Source: Acaryochloris thomasi RCC1774
Lineage (GTDB): Bacteria > Cyanobacteriota > Cyanobacteriia > Thermosynechococcales > Thermosynechococcaceae
NCBI RefSeq assembly: GCF_003231495.1
Contig: NZ_PQWO01000054.1
Span: 1 to 5,764 of the forward strand
DNA: 5,764 nt
Direction: 5' to 3'
Shown here: in pieces, positions 4,550 to 5,764 of the stretch
Layout of the letters: every line of letters starts with the position of its first letter
How positions within the stretch are numbered: position 1 is the stretch's first letter
Position numbers and translations under genes: made by a program
Notes under the pieces: generated by a model
The model's database searches: none
Told to the model about the DNA's origin: nothing
What the model saw: the letters and a program-made list of their open reading frames with translations, nothing else

Positions 4550-4625
4550 AGCCATCGGGGGCCACAGCGTCCCCGCAGCAATACAAACGCCCGACCACTG
4601 CAAGGGCCATACAGGAGTAAGACCC
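4550..4625 (+). repeat. Intergenic module copy 3
   Basis: GGGGGC-CACAGC-GTCCCC at 4557-4574 (one G.U pair), then GCCC-N11-GGGC at 4589-4607, then AGGAGTAAGACCC-ATG. Confidence 0.8.
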
Positions 4626-5000
4626 ATGAAACCGAAAGAACTTGAGCAACGGCTCAGGCAGTTTCAGCCTAGCCCCACTCGCCACCGACATTTCACTGGG
4701 CTTTTATACACCGATGGAATTCTATACATCATTGAAAAGCTTGAAATTGAGTGGTTAGTACTTGCGATCGCCACTCACCAGAAAGGCACCAGCATCACAG
4801 CTAGCAAAGAACTACAGCAATTCCAATGCTGGAAATTTCACAATGGCAGCACTCCTGTCCTGTTTTGCTACAGGGATAGGCTCAACACATCTCCAGAATT
4901 TGGCCGTCAAGTCCGTGCTACAGCCTTCCCCTTGCCTGAACTAGAGCTATTCGTTGTCGAGGGTTGTCTCATGCTGCCCTCGGAATACGAAGGCTCCTGA
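4626..5000 (+). CDS. Small protein (124 aa), paralogue 2 of the tandem pair; DUF6876-like by recollection
   Basis: ATG 4626 is preceded by AGGAG. It is collinear with 4172-4549, at roughly 30 percent identity by eye, with the same conserved motifs and C-terminal LPSEY. Charge is near neutral. Confidence 0.85.
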   Translation: MKPKELEQRLRQFQPSPTRHRHFTGLLYTDGILYIIEKLEIEWLVLAIATHQKGTSITASKELQQFQCWKFHNGSTPVLFCYRDRLNTSPEFGRQVRATAFPLPELELFVVEGCLMLPSEYEGS

Positions 5001-5054
5001 TTATCGCGGCCACCCAACGCAGAAATATTGATCTATTCAGAAGGACGTATTGAT

Positions 5055-5258
5055 ATGCAGCCAACATTACCCAAAAGACTCCAAAGACATCCACAACATG
5101 CAATCGCAGTTGCGATCGCAAGTCTAATCAACGATTTACTATTCGCTGGCCGGATCGACTGGAACACGGCGGTTTACTACTGTCCGCCTGGAGCCTTTCA
5201 TTTGCTGGAATGTCCAGCAAGCCATGCAACAGTCGCAATCAAATCAAAGGAGGTTTGA
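5055..5258 (+). CDS. Hypothetical small protein (67 aa from ATG 5055)
   Basis: The ORF track starts at TTG 5028. ATG 5055 is preceded by AAGGA about 10 nt upstream. The stop lies 3 nt before the next start. No motif recognised. Confidence 0.55.
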   Translation: MQPTLPKRLQRHPQHAIAVAIASLINDLLFAGRIDWNTAVYYCPPGAFHLLECPASHATVAIKSKEV

Positions 5259-5261
5259 CCC

Positions 5262-5744
5262 ATGAAGACACTACGGCCCCTCGGGTTCGGCGAATCCCTC
5301 CGAACCCTGTATATCTATGCTCACAGAGCCAACGGAAATAAACTCTGGTTTCAGCTCATCGACAGCGAACCTCAGGAACTACCCCCGTCCCTCACCGGCT
5401 ATCTCAAAGCCATCGAATTTCCCAAGGTCGAACGACGGGGAAAAGAGTGCTGCAAACTCAATATCACCCTGACCGCACACCGGCCCGTCGTCATCGAATG
5501 CGGTCATGATTCTACTTTTGCGAAAAGTTTCATGGTTGCGATCGCAAGTCTAACACCAGCTCAACTGCAGCAGCCGATTACTCTTGAGGCCCAGCCGGGA
5601 ACGCAGGATGAATCTGTTCTGTTTTGCAATGTGTGGCTAGGGTACAAGCGCATCTTTCTGGAGTGGGACGAGAACACCGACTGGAGAGCCGTCGCTGGGC
5701 AGGCGATCGCTAACGTTCGGGCAGCTCAGGGGGTGAGGGCATGA
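5262..5744 (+). CDS. Hypothetical protein (160 aa)
   Basis: ATG 5262 follows AAGGAGG (5248-5254). It is tightly packed with its neighbours, and its stop overlaps the next ATG as ATGA (5741-5744). No motif recognised. Confidence 0.8.
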   Translation: MKTLRPLGFGESLRTLYIYAHRANGNKLWFQLIDSEPQELPPSLTGYLKAIEFPKVERRGKECCKLNITLTAHRPVVIECGHDSTFAKSFMVAIASLTPAQLQQPITLEAQPGTQDESVLFCNVWLGYKRIFLEWDENTDWRAVAGQAIANVRAAQGVRA

Positions 5745-5764
5745 GCTTCCTCGACGAAAAGGTA
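5741..5764 (+). CDS. 5' end of a further operon gene (partial, MSFLDEKV...)
   Basis: ATG 5741 forms an ATGA overlap with the upstream stop, and the frame stays open to the window edge. Only 8 codons are visible. Confidence 0.4.

Noticed and set aside
3824-4574. The GC hairpins just after the stop codons as Rho-independent terminators
   Set aside because: None is followed by a T/U tract, and each is followed about 50 nt later by the RBS of the next co-oriented gene. At most they are processing or stability elements or weak attenuators.
3818-4625. The three repeated intergenic modules as a CRISPR array or as integron attC sites
   Set aside because: The repeats are separated by whole genes of 198-378 bp rather than ~30-40 bp spacers, and they are only ~70-80 percent conserved, so this is not CRISPR. 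I could not find the attC core and inverse-core pair (RYYYAAC ... GTTRRRY) or the extended imperfect palindrome of attC, and no integrase is in view.
2611-4730. 10-nt repeat TCTATACATC (2611-2620 and 4721-4730) and recurring ATACAT motifs near both palindromes
   Set aside because: Several exact 10-mer repeats are expected by chance in a window of this length. The half-sites of the two palindromes do not actually align.
4148-4944. ORFs 4148-4330 (-), 4500-4691 (-) and 4762-4944 (+)
   Set aside because: They are nested in or antisense to the paralogue pair. The mutual similarity of the pair validates the chosen frames.

Overview
The window reads as an accessory or mobile-element region (plasmid, ICE or prophage) of a cyanobacterial replicon. 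I found seven exact HIP1 octamers (GCGATCGC) by eye. Nothing here is a housekeeping gene, rRNA, tRNA, CRISPR array or recognisable transposase. There are three blocks.

(1) 1-2575, + strand: one intact PP-loop / PAPS-reductase-family gene (913-1917, SGGKDS motif). It is surrounded by debris of the same family. Two further partial copies of its 5' end lie at 56 and 401, and two copies of the upstream gene's 3' end plus ATGA junction lie at 24-59 and 118-154. Unrelated small ORFs sit between these scars. Downstream is what looks like an internally deleted second PP-loop paralogue (1927-2575).

(2) 2710-3354, - strand: a tightly coupled three-gene operon. It encodes a ribbon-helix-helix-like protein, a small coiled-coil protein with a C-terminal TM helix, and a 63-aa ORF.

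(3) 3542-5764, + strand: a co-directional operon of small proteins, diverging from block 2 across an AT-rich spacer with a perfect 24-bp palindrome (3416-3439). Three of the proteins are strongly acidic, and two are tandem diverged paralogues that I recall as DUF6876-like. Three intergenic gaps carry the same ~76-78 nt double-hairpin module.

My best reading is an oriT/operator-proximal, leading-region-like or early-operon anti-defence island beside a recombination hotspot built around a PP-loop enzyme gene. All functional assignments beyond the PP-loop motif are inference from sequence read by eye. No database search was possible.
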